NCBI GenBank assembly: GCA_013239625.1
Contig: MU054662.1
Coordinates: 8,979,798 to 9,043,797, forward strand
DNA from: Lama guanicoe
Lineage: Eukaryota
DNA length: 64,000 nucleotides
Direction: 5' to 3'
The position numbers were made by a program, and so were the translations under genes. Numbering within the stretch: the stretch's first letter is position 1; every line of letters starts with the position of its first letter. The notes beneath the pieces are model-generated. The model was not told the DNA's origin. It did no database searches and worked only from the letters and a program-made list of their open reading frames with translations. Shown piece by piece: positions 47,726 through 60,612 of this stretch.

Positions 47726-49164
47726 TATGTATATATGTACACACGTATATAATGAATATATGTAATAAATAGCACTGTCACAGTCTTTAAGAAACAATCA
47801 AAATAGGAGCTATGTCTGAAAATAAATAATGAGCTATATCTCAAGAAAGCTGGAAATAAACAGCTATGGTAGTTCAAAGGCAAGAAAATTTCGTTTTGCC
47901 TGGTTGGAAGGGCCTGCTGAAGTCAGGGGCCCTGATTTAACTACAGGTATTGGGGGAAGAAAAAATAAACCTTCAATCCATGCTGAAAGGAGAAAATGGT
48001 TCCTTGCCATAAGATCCCTCCGCTAGATCATGACTGGCCCTTGGGAACTGGTGATCCCGGATGGCGTGCTGGGCTTCACTGGCCTTGGTGGCTCTTCCAG
48101 ATGGGGATCCTGCTCCATCGCCCCAAATCTCACACACCAATCTCAATGAGAACTCAACTCCGTGTCTCAAGCAGGGAATCATTCTGAGGCTTCAGGCTGC
48201 TTCTTAGAGACGTCAGTGGGGGCCCCAGGGGAATGCAAAGCCAGTGCCGTTTCTGATGGCTGACTTCACCAGGACATGTCGGGTTAGTGCTCGCCATCCC
48301 GGAGCCTAACTAGATCTTGAGGCTAAATCTCTTATTTTGCTAGCACTTTAAAGTAAGTGGCAGCAGTTCATGCATAATTACTTCTGAATTATCGAGGGGA
48401 TTCATCAGGTGTGATTATAGATGCATAATGGATTTACCAAATTTGCAGGTATTAGGGAGATATTAAATCCATATGAAACCTCACAATTCATTCATGTGCC
48501 ATTTGTTTTCATTCCTTTTTCATAATAAGCTAATTAGTTTAAATTATTTGTACCTGTACAGGGTCTTGAAACATACATAAGGAATGATGACTCCAGTGCA
48601 CCCAATACATGGGAAGTCCTGGAGACGGCATCAATTGTGATAAAGGGTTCATCAAGCAGTGGGTGTTCAATTTTCCCATTTGGGGTGGTAATAACAGGTC
48701 TAATCATGACACCTCCGTAAGGTCGTGGGAGGTCCCCAATTAACGCTTCTGAATTCAGATATTGAGGAGAAGGTGGAGGAAGTCATGATGTCTCCTAGAG
48801 AATGAGGCAAAAAAAAGGGAAGTCCGACCTCCTTCCCACCAAAGGGGAAAAGATGAGCTGGTGAGGGCCTGTTAACTCTGGGCCCGGAGGCCGACAGGCA
48901 CCCGTGGCCTCTGGCCTGTCCAGAGGCCTCCTTTGAGAGGAACCCGTGCTTCTAGGGGGGTCACCGGAAAGCTGGGATTTCAGCCTTTCAGAAAGGAAGG
49001 ACGGGCTTCTTTCAGTTAGGGTCCCCTTTTATTTCTTCTTCTTTTTTTTTTTTAATGTGTAATTGGTCCCCTCTGGCCAATGAGCCTGGGTAGGCAGGAC
49101 GGGGCCTGGATTGAGCTCACCGAAGGAGCCCATGGTCGTGGTGACAGGAGCCACCACACTTGGG

Positions 49165-49395
49165 GCACATTCTGAATGCCAGGCAGGGCAGTTGGCGCTC
49201 TGCAGACACTGTGTCGTCCCATCCTCATAGCAGCCCTATGCTGTAGATTCTATTATTACCTCCGCGTCACAGGTCAGGGGACTTTGGGCAGGAGGGCATA
49301 CAACTTGCCCAGGGTCATCCATTCAACCAGTAAGGGGCAGGGCGGGGTCCCTGGGGATGTTTGATTCTGAAGCCCTGCCCTTAATCATATGCAGT
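49165..49395 (-). mobile_element. MIR SINE
   Basis: atgccaggcaggg...atcctcatagcagccctatgctgtagattctattattacc...aacttgcccagggtcatc...tttgattctgaagccctgcccttaatca. Confidence 0.7.
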
Positions 49396-50082
49396 ACAGT
49401 CTCCTGTCTTCCCTGCTATCATAACCTCATCGAAGCTACCACTGTTACTACCACCCCACATGGGGAGCATGGAAGAGTTATTCTTTTTTGAAATCTTAAT
49501 ACCAAATTTTCACTCCACAGGGCATCCGCCAGGTCAGAGGCCTTCAGATTCCGCCCTCCCCCCGGGTTCTTTTCTGTGGAGCAGCAACAAAAGGACCAGC
49601 CACCCGGCAAGTCTCCTCCTGCCGTGAGAGGAGCCTCCACAGGGGTTAATGCAAAAAGGAGTTCTGCTTTGGATGAGACACCAGTTTAATTTATATTTGA
49701 TTAAAAAAGTCATTCATTCATGCATCCAGCAGCCAGCATTTGTTAAATGTCTCCTACACTCTTAATTGGGTTTTGTTGCGGGGGGAGGGGGGAGAGGGAG
49801 CAAGTATAATAAAGCTTATGCCAGACACCTTGTTTATAATTTTCTTGGAAGAATATATGTATACACCTGAAAAGTTAAGTAAACAAGAGAGTGATTGAAT
49901 AACCAGGCAACTGAGAGATGCAGACAGGGGGCCTACTGCAGTCAGACGGAGGAGACAGCACTGGGGCCTGGCATGATCCTGGAAGGCGTCTTAGAAGAAG
50001 AAGCGCGTGAGCTGCTCCCTGAAGGACGGGCCGGGATGGGATGGCAGAAGGGGCACCAACTGGACCCAGTGAGGAAGACAAG

Positions 50083-50240
50083 CTCTTGGCCTCAGTCTTA
50101 ACTAGGTGTTTGACCCTGGGGTCTAGTGCCTCACTTTCCTTGCTCTAAGATGAAGGTGAAGATATTTGACAGGATTGTCGTGAAATTCGAATAGGGAAAT
50201 GGATACAGAACGGCCCTGAAATATGTCAAGTGCAATGCAG
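50083..50240 (+). mobile_element. MIR fragment
   Basis: actaggtgtttgaccctgggg...gtgcctcactttccttgctctaagatg...acaggattgtcgtgaaattcgaatag. Confidence 0.6.
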
Positions 50241-52834
50241 ACGCCAGATATTGCGTGAGAGAAAGCAACCCCAGGGGCAGGCGTCCTATAACACGCATCT
50301 CCAGGTGCCGCTCTTTGAGCTCTGTTCCATCTCAGAGGGACAGTTGAGCCCAGCTCGGTCCTGGCAGCATTCAGGATGGCCCGCTGCTGCCCAGCACAAC
50401 GAGCAGAGCCCGTCTGCCTGGTGGGAGAAGCTGGGCGAGATGGGGTAAGGCCCCCGGGCCATTCTGAAGGCTCCCTGATGTTACACACAGGAAGCACATT
50501 GAGATCTGAGGATGGGAGGTGGGAGGCTCTTGAAGTTTCTCCCACCTCTCGTGCTAGCAAATGGAAAATGACACCTCCGTTCCACTATAGCCGTATTCAG
50601 TTGCGCCAAAAAAGGAGGTGGAAAGGATAGCTTGCAAATGTCTATCTGCAGATCCTGGGGGAGATGCCCCAACTTCTCCCTGGTTGGAACTGCCTGGAGG
50701 GCAGGGCCACGTCTTCTCTACCATCCTCCTCCACCCCAGGCTCAAAGCCAGCACCCATCTCCACCTCAGTCACAGGGAGGCCACAGCCCACAATTCTGGA
50801 GTCTAATGACTCTGATTCTCCCCACCAGGGATCTCTGGTTCCTGGGGAGGGGCGCCTGGACACGTTAACTTCCACTTTGATCTCTGTGTCAGCTTCAGTA
50901 GGCTGATGAGTGAGGACTCACGGTTAGGATACCTGGGGCAGAGGGAGCTGGGGCGCCTTCCCGACTGGGAACGGTGACTTTACCACTAAAAGCTGCTAAA
51001 GGATGGGTCTTCTCCTTAGCACCCGGGACTTTTTCCATTTCAGTGATAGGATGAAGAATCGACCCCAAGAAGGTGGGTCTAGAACACTTAAACTGAACGG
51101 AATTCGACGTGAATGCTGCCCCTGAAGTCCTGAAGACGAGGACAGGCTGGGCCTTTCCGGGGAGACCTCCAAGGAGGGAGTTTCCTACGGGTCACCTTAC
51201 AGAGCAGAGGAGCAGGTGTAACCTAGGAAGCTCCTCTGCTTCAGACAGATGCCCCTCCCCTCCCCTTCTGCCCACCTGAGAACGTGATGGCCGCATCTGT
51301 CTGGAGGGAGCACTGGGCTTGGGCCACGCCTCTCCAGACCTTTCCAGCTGCAGCCACACCGCCTGACATTGTAGGAGGTCTGAGCCCCTCAGAATCTCAG
51401 ACTCCTGGACTCAGTGGAATCTTGTGTATCTGAATCTCCATTCGCTTTCCCTTCCATGATGCCTCAGTGCTTTTTAATTTTATTTTAAACCATATGAGTG
51501 TTTTAAGGATTTGCTTCTTTAAAGCTTTGCCCTCTTCTCCGTAAGTTTTATTAGTAACCTAATAGCTAATAGGCCAGGGGTCTGCAGAGGGCTATTCACT
51601 CACCCTAGAGGTAACTCCTTGGTCTTTCCTGGCCTTAAAAAGACAGCTTAAGCCGTCAGATTTTAATTAGGGTGGAAGAAGACGTTGAGAGACGTCCCCA
51701 GCTCACCCACTGGCAAAGGCTGCATTAACCGTGGGTCTTACCCATCGTGGACAGGTGGTGCAGGTGTGTACCTGCCTGTCTGTGCTGGTGGCTGGTGATC
51801 TGGCAGCTCTGGCAGAGATTTGTGAAAAGGAGACAGGGTAGGGTTATGGAGAAAGGGGACTAGTCACTTGCATCAGGATAATTTTTCCTGATGTCAAAAC
51901 CTCATCCAGGAGAGCTTCTGCTGTTGCTTGCTTTTATCCAGAAAACAATGTAAGTGGTATCTCTTGAAATTAGGTCACAGCTTGCAAAGGCAGGGGCTTG
52001 CCAAGGTGCTAACTGCCTGAATTCTCCGTGGGTTTACACAGCTCTCTGCTCTGACAAATACCTTCTTTGTTTCTCTGAAAAGTCTGACTGGCTGAAGCAT
52101 TCATGCCTGCCTCTTTTCTCCTACACCCCCCCCCCAAACAACAACTGAATTTCGAAGGTTAAAAATCACTTCACTTGTCAACTCAAAAGCTCTCCCTCCT
52201 CCTATCAAGCTGCTTCCTTTCCTACCCAGGGAAGGAAGCTACTGCGTTCTCACTCTGGGGACTGGAAGCCACTTGGAGAAGAGAGAGGGGGTACAATTCT
52301 CACAACACACTTGTCATCTCCAGAGCAGGATGTGCCAGGCTGCCCCGGAGAGCCGTACGAAGGCTGGGTCCCAGCTGTTTCAGTGGGTGCCCAGCTAGAG
52401 GGAAGGTCCTGGTGGCCTGGTCTCCTTAGCCTTGTCTGGGGCTCGGGTCTCTACGTGGTGACACCACGACAGAAATTCCACCCACTCTGCTCAAACAGGG
52501 GGAAACAACACAGCAGCAAAAGCAAACATCAGCTTTATTTGGCTTTTGAGGCCAAAATTACCTTTTTCTTATTCTTCCTGTTCCTGACACTTTGTTACTG
52601 ACTAAGGTGTTGTCGATAAAATGCTGTGACTCTAAAAGGTGGGTGGGGCCTGAGAAGGGTGACAGGAGGTGCTGGAAGCTAATTAGAATCCTCCAGAAGT
52701 GGGTGGAAATGAAAACCTGAGCTACAAAGTCCTGAGGGCTCCCTGGACTCTGGGCTGTCAATTATCTTTGCTCTGCCAAGGGGTCAAAAACTGGACATGT
52801 CTCTGGAACCAGAAATAGCAGGTGTTCACAGGAG

Positions 52835-53080
52835 CAGTGTTTGGTGAGGGGGGTCAGGAGGACTACAGAGTTTGGAGTCATGCCAGTGCTTTTGCCATTC
52901 ATACCGGTGAGGTTTTGGGCTTTTTTAAAATTTTATTTTAAAATCATCATCTCTCTTCACTTCTTCATGTGCAGAATGAAGTTTCTTCATTTACAGAAAC
53001 GTTTAAATCAGACAACGTATTGAAAACTCTTGGCTCACAATAAGCCTCCAACAATGGCTATTGTTATGATTGTTTTGTTA
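52835..53080 (+). mobile_element. MIR fragment
   Basis: tttggagtca...cttcacttcttcatgtgcagaatgaa...tggctcacaataagcctccaacaatggctattgttatgatt. Confidence 0.5.
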
Positions 53081-55505
53081 TCTTCTGGGAAGGAAATTGA
53101 ATAAAAGAGGCTGTCATTGGAGTCTCTGGAAAACCTGGCGTAATGGCTTCCAATCTTTGTTTCTTAAGTAGTGGATTTATTTTCAGATGAGATTTTACGT
53201 GGAATCTCAACAAATAAAGTTGGTATCAGTAAGGTATAAGGCAGTGGGTGAAAGGGGGTGGTGCGGTCCTGGCTCCTGCCTGCTCAGCTTCCCCACTGAT
53301 TGCAGAGGCAGTTTGGACTTTCTTGGAACCACAAGGCTCTGAGGGGCTCAGTTAGAAAGCTGCTGGCTTGGAGTATTGGGGAAATAGTGGATTGTTTCAA
53401 AAAAAGTAGAGTCCAGCCTAATATCTGGCTAGTTAACATGTTTTGGTGAACCAAGCAACCAATCCAGAGTGAGATGATCAGGAGAAACCTCCAGGTGGGA
53501 CAGGACACAGGTTTGCCGGGTGAAAGCTGGTGGAACCGATGCCCAGGGATGTGCTCTTTGGAAGAGAAAGGGCAGGGTCTTTTCCCTTTTCTCACCTGGA
53601 GTGGGGCCAGGAATTGTGGAAAGTCAGGGCTTGCAAATGGGTTGGGGTTGAGGTGGAGTAAGGGGATAGAGAAAATAATATAGAGACTGGCTGTCTCCAC
53701 CCCAGACAGGGCTCTGTGTGGGCTCTGGGAGGGCGTGAGAATCGGCTGGTGTTCCTGCAGATGGGGTCGGCTGGAGCTGTGCAGTCTGACCATGTCGATG
53801 CAGAACCCTGTGATGTGTTCAGTTGTGGCAATGCTTTTGGAGTTCTATTGCTCCTTTCCCTTTTGCTTCCTCTTAGTTTTCAGCAAAATTCCATCTGGCT
53901 TTACCTCTATCTACTGGAAAAGACCAGGAAATAACTTGACTAGATCAAGGTCAGCAAAGCTAGCAGAGTGCAGGTAATGACCAGTCCACAAAGCTCTCCT
54001 CACTGGATGCTCCTGAACCTAGCAGAGAAAATCACCATTGCCAAAGCCTGGAGATCACTCGGTTCCTCTGTGATTCAGTCAAGCTCTCCCGCTTCTAGAA
54101 GGGTCCAGAACACTCCTTATCCCCATGGGATCCCTTCTCAGGGAAGTGTTTCTAAGGCTTGCAGCTTCAGTACCCTAGCACTGCTATGTCTGTGTCGGTA
54201 ATGCCCAGGATGAGAAGGCTCTGTCTTACTGCAAGAACTAGGGAACTTTCCATGGTCCTGAATGCTGTGGCTGCCTACCTCGCTTTTGCACATCAGTAGG
54301 TATATCCAGCTTCAAGGAGACTGTCATTTCTATATAATTCAGGACTTGGTACCTTTCATTCTCTGGGGAAACACATAACCCAAACTTCCTAAGCTGCTCC
54401 TAAAGAAAAAGCCGAGATGCCACTTTAGTCCTGCACGGGCTTTCTGGTCTGATTCCTCATCTCAGGGCTCGAGGTGACTCAGGGATGTATCTTGCTATTT
54501 TTGTGACCTTTTGGCATCTCAGTAATGAATGTTCACCACCACTGTGCCCTCATTTAGCCTCATAACCTCAATAAAGTAATATCTGATTTGTGCTAAGTAT
54601 CTGATTAAACAACATAAAGTATTTAACCTTTTGATCTGTTATACCTTGCCAGCCCTACACTCCTGAATAGACTTTAATTACTGAGTTGGAGAGCTTTCCT
54701 GAACAGGATTTGCATCTCGTTAAGGCCTTTCCTCTGTCTTGAGGGCTCCATGTCAACAGCTTCTCTCGTTGCCTCTGGGCCTTATTCCACTTCCTCCTCC
54801 TCCACCACACCCTGCGTGATTCTGCCTCAAGACTGACAACATTTGGTTGATCTACCAGGAGTACTGTCCTTTATGTGACCATGAATCCTACTGCTTATTT
54901 TAGAAAGTCAATGATCACATAAACAATTGGACTTGTTACTTTGCCCACCCTGATCTTTGGAGCAGGGGAAGTTGTCCAGAGTGACAATCCCATTTTAGGC
55001 AGTTGGTCCCAGCTGTTGGATTGACCTAACCCTTATGTCTCACACAGAGAACAGGCCAGTGGGCATCCATCAGAGGATCACAGAAAACCATTTCAACTGG
55101 CTAATTAGTTAGCTAATTGCTCTAGTCTTAACCATCTCTTAGAAAGCTACAGAAAATCATACTTTTTTCCTCTTGCCTGCAAGGATATAGTTATGAATGT
55201 TAATAACAATTAGCTGATTTACATGCTGTCTTTCCTTCAAGAATCTCAAACATGCTGGGTTTGTTTATTTTTTTCTCTTATTTTAAAATTGGCTCTACAA
55301 AGACTGAGATAGCTTCTCCACGGGTCCTTCCAAAATGAGAATAACACCCCATAGAATTAAGAGAATTCAATGAGAAAAATTCATGTGGAACATTCACAAT
55401 AATTCTGGCTGACTCACAGGCAGTAGCTATATTACTGTGTCATCGAAGAAGGCTCTGGGCTTGTGAGTCGGCTGTGCATTTCTGGACATGGTCAGGCTGG
55501 GATGA

Positions 55506-55549
55506 AGGTGCGCTGGTCCAAGTGTCTAGACACTTGGACCAGCCCACCT
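55506..55549. repeat. Palindrome: perfect 32 bp (55512-55543), 44 bp allowing one mismatched pair
   Basis: gctggtccaagtgtctagacacttggaccagc is its own reverse complement; flanks aggtg/cacct extend it past a C-C mismatch. Confidence 0.95.
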
Positions 55550-55707
55550 GGTGAAGGCTGCCCCACCCCAAATCTACGGTCCCTACTGGCCCATCACAAA
55601 TCACACTTGGACCACAACACAATGGTTTATGGAGGAAAAGGCCCTGAAAATGCTGATGTTTATCTTCACTTAAGCCACTTCCCACCGTCAGATCAGAAGC
55701 AGAGTCT

Positions 55708-55879
55708 GAATGGTTCTCTAAACAGAGCGAGTCTCTCAAAGGGTCATGTGCTTGATAACAATGCAAATGGAAGGAACCCACCCCATCCAAACTAGAATTT
55801 TTGTGAGTAGAGCCCAGTATTTGAAATTAAAACAAGCTCCTTGGGTGATTCTTATGTTCAGTAAAGTCTGAGAACCACT
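55708..55879. mobile_element. MER5-type hAT MITE
   Basis: aatggttctctaaa...aacaagctccttgggtgattcttatgttcagtaaagtctgagaaccact. Confidence 0.7.
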
Positions 55880-57711
55880 TCCCACCACGTGGTCCCTTTC
55901 AAGCCAACCCTTGCGACCAACTTCCAAGACAGGCTGAGCTTGTGAGATGCTTACTCTGCAGGAGAATCTGACAGGCTCCACGTCCCAGGTGGCATTCTGG
56001 TGCTAAAGGGGGCAGTCAAAATTCAGGGTGGCCACCAAGCAGGGGTAACTGTGCAGACTGTAGAGAAAGTGGCTGGGAGCAGCTCCTGACATCCCTGCCA
56101 GGATCTGGGGCAGATAGCGGGCACCAGCAACCCCACGGGGGGCACGCAGGGCCAAGTGGGGCCCCTGGTGGGAAGGGACAAGCCCGGCAGTGCCCACAAA
56201 ACCACTGAAACAGAGGTCCACAGCCCTTTATGCAGCCTCTGCAGATACTTAGGGAGCATCTGCAACTCCAGGCTGGCTTCCCTCTGTTACCATGATACAA
56301 CTGGGAGGCTCACTCCCACTTCCAAATGATGCCACCTCAGAGAATGCAAACTCTGCTACAAGTGAAACACAGACAATCCACGGAAAATACGATGCTCTGG
56401 GAAACACACTCACGCATACACACTTACATGCACTGCATCATTGCATTTGTTCCAAAGCCAATAAAAGCAATTTTCAGATAATCTGCTATTTTGGATTATC
56501 TGCACCACTGCTCGCCTCCATTAGCATGGCTAATTGAGAACTGACTGTGTGTCTTGGACCATTTCCAAGAAGGGAACCCATTGTCTGGATGATGAGAGTT
56601 CCCGTGAGAGCCAAGTAAATGGCTGGAAACGTCAGGCTGATGCCCATTGGAGGAGGAACAAACTTTTAAGGGTGACCTGACCATTATCAGGCCAGAGAAA
56701 GCAATCTTGTTTGGCATGTCACATTGATTGCCAAGGCAGTAAACCATCAAACTGTCTCCCAGCTAGAACATGCACCAACACTGAGAAAGATGAAGCTTGG
56801 TTAGTAAAGGATGAAGCCATTCCAAGAACCAATAAAAGATGCAATATGGTTTCCCCTGGGCTGTATATTAACACCATCCAGGAAGCTAGAGGGATAGAGG
56901 TTTGGCAAATGACTCTGCTTTGCTTTGACTTTTGCATAGCAAGGAGGAGACAGAGGCCAGTGGGGAGATCATTTGAGACCAGATGAAAGACTTGGAAGGA
57001 ATAAGCCTCTAAAGAAACCAAGACACTAAAGAAACCACTGCTGTTTACGTGTCACAGCCACGCTATTCTCTCATTTAACATCTTGGTGAAATATCCTAAA
57101 TAGATTTCAAAACCAAACATATTAAGGAAAAAAAAAAAGAAAAAGAAAGAAAAAAAGACAGCACAAAGTTGTAACTGCCTTCTGGGTAGCTGTGTTTTGG
57201 ATGGTGTCATTTTTCTTATGACATAAGCTCCCAGATGGCACAGACGCTGTCTCTCGGAATAAATAGGAACTAGCAGTGGGTCATGCCTCCTGTGGGTTTC
57301 TGATAAGCCCTGTTTGCTTGTGTGCTGTTTATCACAAAGAGAACAGGTACCATTGTCAGACAGGCTCATGAGCTACCTTCTGTAAGAAGCAGGAGAGAAG
57401 TGCCCCTACAACTTTCACAATTCTGTGTTCTGGTCCCAAATGAGAATAAGAAATGAATGTCCTGGGCTGAAAGGTAATTGAAGGAGGTGGTACATTACTC
57501 AGGTGGGCCAGAGAGTCTACGTCTGGGGTTCATTTGTACTCATAGGGTCTTTTCAGTGGGTTCCCTATCAGCTGGAGATCCTGCTGACTCTGTTTCTGCC
57601 AGGTCACCCATGACCCCACCCCCTATCAGAACTAGCAGGCGTGGGCTGCGAAGATTACCCCTGCAGGGTTCTGAGGGCAACTGTCTATGGCTTTGGGGAT
57701 GATGTAGACAG

Positions 57712-57882
57712 AGTGGTTTCCACCACTGGCTGCTTAAGATCCCATGGGGGAACATAAAAAACAGATACCCAAGCTTCGCCTCCAAAGATTCTGATTTAAT
57801 TGGTCTGAGGTGGGACCCCAATGTGGGTAATTTTATAAAGCACCCTGGAGAATCTACGTGCAGTCAGGGTTGAGATGGTCTG
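57712..57882. mobile_element. MER5B-like hAT MITE
   Basis: agattctgatttaattggtctgaggtgggaccc...aaagcaccctggagaatctacgtgcagtcagggttgaga. Confidence 0.75.
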
Positions 57883-58278
57883 AGCAGAAATCTCTACTGG
57901 GATCTGAGTGAAAACAGGAGACCCTGGTTCAGTTCACAAAGCTGAGGCCGAAACCCAGCCTTGGAAATGGCCTTCCTCCTCCTAAGAGTGGTGAGGGGAG
58001 GGAGGCGCGGACAGGAAGGGAAGAGGGGATGGGAGAAACAGAGAGGGCCAAAAGCCTACTGAGAGGAGAAAAATAAGATTGATTTTCCCTGAATAGTTTT
58101 TTTTTTTGCCACCAGGGTCTGAAAGGTGAAAGCTGTGTTTACTCTTATCCCCGAAAAGTGTTATCATTTAGGAAAATGTAGTATTTCCATCAGCAATCAC
58201 AGAGGAGTCAGGCACCTGCTGAACAGCAGCATGAGGGCCTAATAAAAGGAGAAAATGCACTGCTATGACCAAGAGCCC

Positions 58279-58292
58279 ATTACCATGGCAAC
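58279..58292. promoter_or_regulatory. RFX X-box-like motif
   Basis: ATTACCATGGCAAC vs GTTRCCATGGYAAC, 13/14. Confidence 0.4.
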
Positions 58293-59918
58293 TGCCAGTG
58301 ACTTTGGGGAATCTGCTCATTGACCATCAAAGAAACCAGAAAAGGGGGCAGGCCCCTTGGAGAACACGGTGATGTTGGAAATGGCAAAGCAGAGCGTGTG
58401 ACTTATCAAGGGAGGGACGTCTGGGGAGGGAAATAAGAAGAGGCCCTGAGCATCACCTCTGTTTCAAATGGGTTCTCGACAGCAGGCTCTTTAGCTGTCT
58501 AGAGTGTCTCACTTTTTCCGAAGTCATTTCTTTTTCCTTTCTTTGTTCCATCTCTCCTCTTACTCATGTATATCTACTCAGAACAGGAGTCAGGGATCCA
58601 CGCTCCCTGTGCACTGGCCTCTCCTCGGCAGAGATGCTGTTGAAGAGCAGGTGTCAGGTTGCTGCTCAGGCTTGGCCTGGGAGGAAGCAGCGGAAACAGT
58701 GCCGTGGAGTCTGGGCAACTGCCCGACTCGCCGAGGCGGGAGGGGGTCGTGGAGGAAGCTTCTGTATCATGTCTTGGTTTAACAAGGCAAAGCCACTGAG
58801 GGCTTCTCTCCCACAACTCCTGGTTCTCCACAGGGAGGTGCCGGTTTCTCCTGCACAGGGATAGACGGAGCTGTTTGTCATAATTAAAACATCTCCCAGG
58901 AGCGTGTGCTCCGCGTTTCTCGGGAAGTCACACAAATAGTTCGTGCCCAGGGAAGTGGGGGGTGGCACTCCAGGGATGCCAGCAAGGGAGAGGCACAGCA
59001 CCCCTTGGACTTTTACCTCTGAACCTACTGCTCCTTGTGGCAGATTCCAGGTTCCATCTGAGCAGCTGAAGAAGGTTGAGAGGCCTTGGAGCTCTTGGGC
59101 AATTTCTAATCTCTGAGCTTGCTCTGATTATCAGCACGGGCGAGGCGCCGCAATCGTGCCTAAAGCTCTAGGCGTAGACTGGCAGGAGAAAGCATGAGGG
59201 TCACTGGCCTGGAGGCTGGAGGGAATTCGCTGTGTGGGGTGTGTGTGGGAGAGTGGGAGAGCCCGTGCCCCTGGCACGAGGGGAATCAACCAGACTCTGC
59301 CCAGGGTGGGAGTTCTGCACGGCAACCGGATCAAGGCTTAGGTTTTCATTAAAATTTCCGTTAATGCTGGAGCTGTTCAGAGCAAGTGGAGTGGAAATAT
59401 CCGCAACGCACCTTCCACCCTCTATTACCGATCTGAGGATCAGAGGGAGGATGTGCACTTTTCCTGGGTCCATCTGCATTTCCGCATCATCAGTATCATC
59501 ATTCCCAGTACCTACTCTATGCAGCAGGCAGAGTGCGAAGAGCATCACACGGAACCTATCCTTGTCCAAAGCGACAAACCGGAAGTGCATAAAAGAGGAA
59601 GCATGCGGAGGAGGGTGAAGTCCAGGGAAACCTCATGGGGTGGATCTCACTTTTCCGCGTTGAGAAAGGCTTCCCCCTCCTCCCACCACCTCCTCTAAAT
59701 GAGACCGGGCTGGAGCAGCCTCAGAGGGACGGAGGGCAGCAGGTCTTCTGCAGGGCTGGGGATACTGAAAGGGATGAGGGAATTCAGGTCTCATCCTCTT
59801 GGGGTCATTTCTATAACAGGGCCACCCAGAGTCTCCCCATCTTTACTAGCTCTGCTGTCTACACCGTCAAGGCCCATGCCTCCTGTTGTTCCCTGGGCTG
59901 TGAGTCGCCTTGGAGTTG

Positions 59919-60187
59919 GCAGACGTTTGGTCCTGTCCTAGACACCCACTAAACACTCAGTGCAAGCCAAAAAGCCCTAGGCATCTGGGGGACCATTCGG
60001 TCCTGCCCCAAATTTCCACGAGACATTTGGCCCATTCCAAGAGGTCCTTGATATTTGGTCCTGTCTTAAGCCGTGTGGCATGGACCATATGTGCTCCTGG
60101 ATGTTTTGGATAGTGCCGAATTTCAAGAACCCCTTGGCACGGACCAAATATCTTACGGATGTTTTAGACAGGACCAAACGTCCTGCA
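59919..60187. mobile_element. Foldback/MITE-like element made of inverted arrays of ~28-31-bp subrepeats (family unassigned)
   Basis: Exact 16-bp inverted termini at 59922-59937 and 60167-60182; inner inverted arms 60021-60071 and 60103-60153 match at 37/51. Confidence 0.6.
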
Positions 60188-60469
60188 GAGCATCTGGGAA
60201 ACTGGTTCCCTTAATTCAGGTCCCTCAAAGGCTGGTTCAGTGACACTTGGCTGAACGGCATCCCTTTCCAACCTCAGCGGCAGCCACGCGAATCTGCTTC
60301 CTATTCCACAAACGCTCTATGTTCTTGATAGGAATGCCCTGGGGAGAACATCCACCCACAGGTCCTGGAGCTCATCCCTCTGCATCCAGCCTGATGGCTG
60401 CCACCCTTCTCCCTCCAGGCAGGACGAACTATGATCATACTCTAGGTGTCCACAGCCTTCGATATGCTA

Positions 60470-60612
60470 CTTATGACATGATGATTATTCAGAGCGTGTC
60501 TCTTTTCCCCATCACACCACGAGCAGAGACCATGTTTTGTTCAGCTTGTATCCTCTGTGTTAAGTGCAGTGCAAGTCACAGGGCAGTTCCCTGTAAAATT
60601 TTGTTGAACTGT
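60470..60612 (+). mobile_element. L2 3' end
   Basis: gagcagagaccatgttttgttcagcttgtatcctctg...cacagggcagttccctgtaaaattttgttgaactg. Confidence 0.6.

Noticed and set aside
48906-48928. 9-bp-arm hairpin ggcctctgg/ccagaggcc (also 61397-61413)
   Set aside because: Several short inverted repeats of this size are expected by chance in 64 kb.
55512-60187. Shared origin of the 55.5-kb palindrome arm (gacacttggacc) and the 60-kb foldback core (gacatttggtcc)
   Set aside because: Only 10/12 identity and no flanking similarity; not enough to link them.
59919-60187. CRISPR-like array
   Set aside because: Eukaryotic context, units switch orientation, inter-core sequences are themselves repeated rather than unique spacers, and there are no cas genes.
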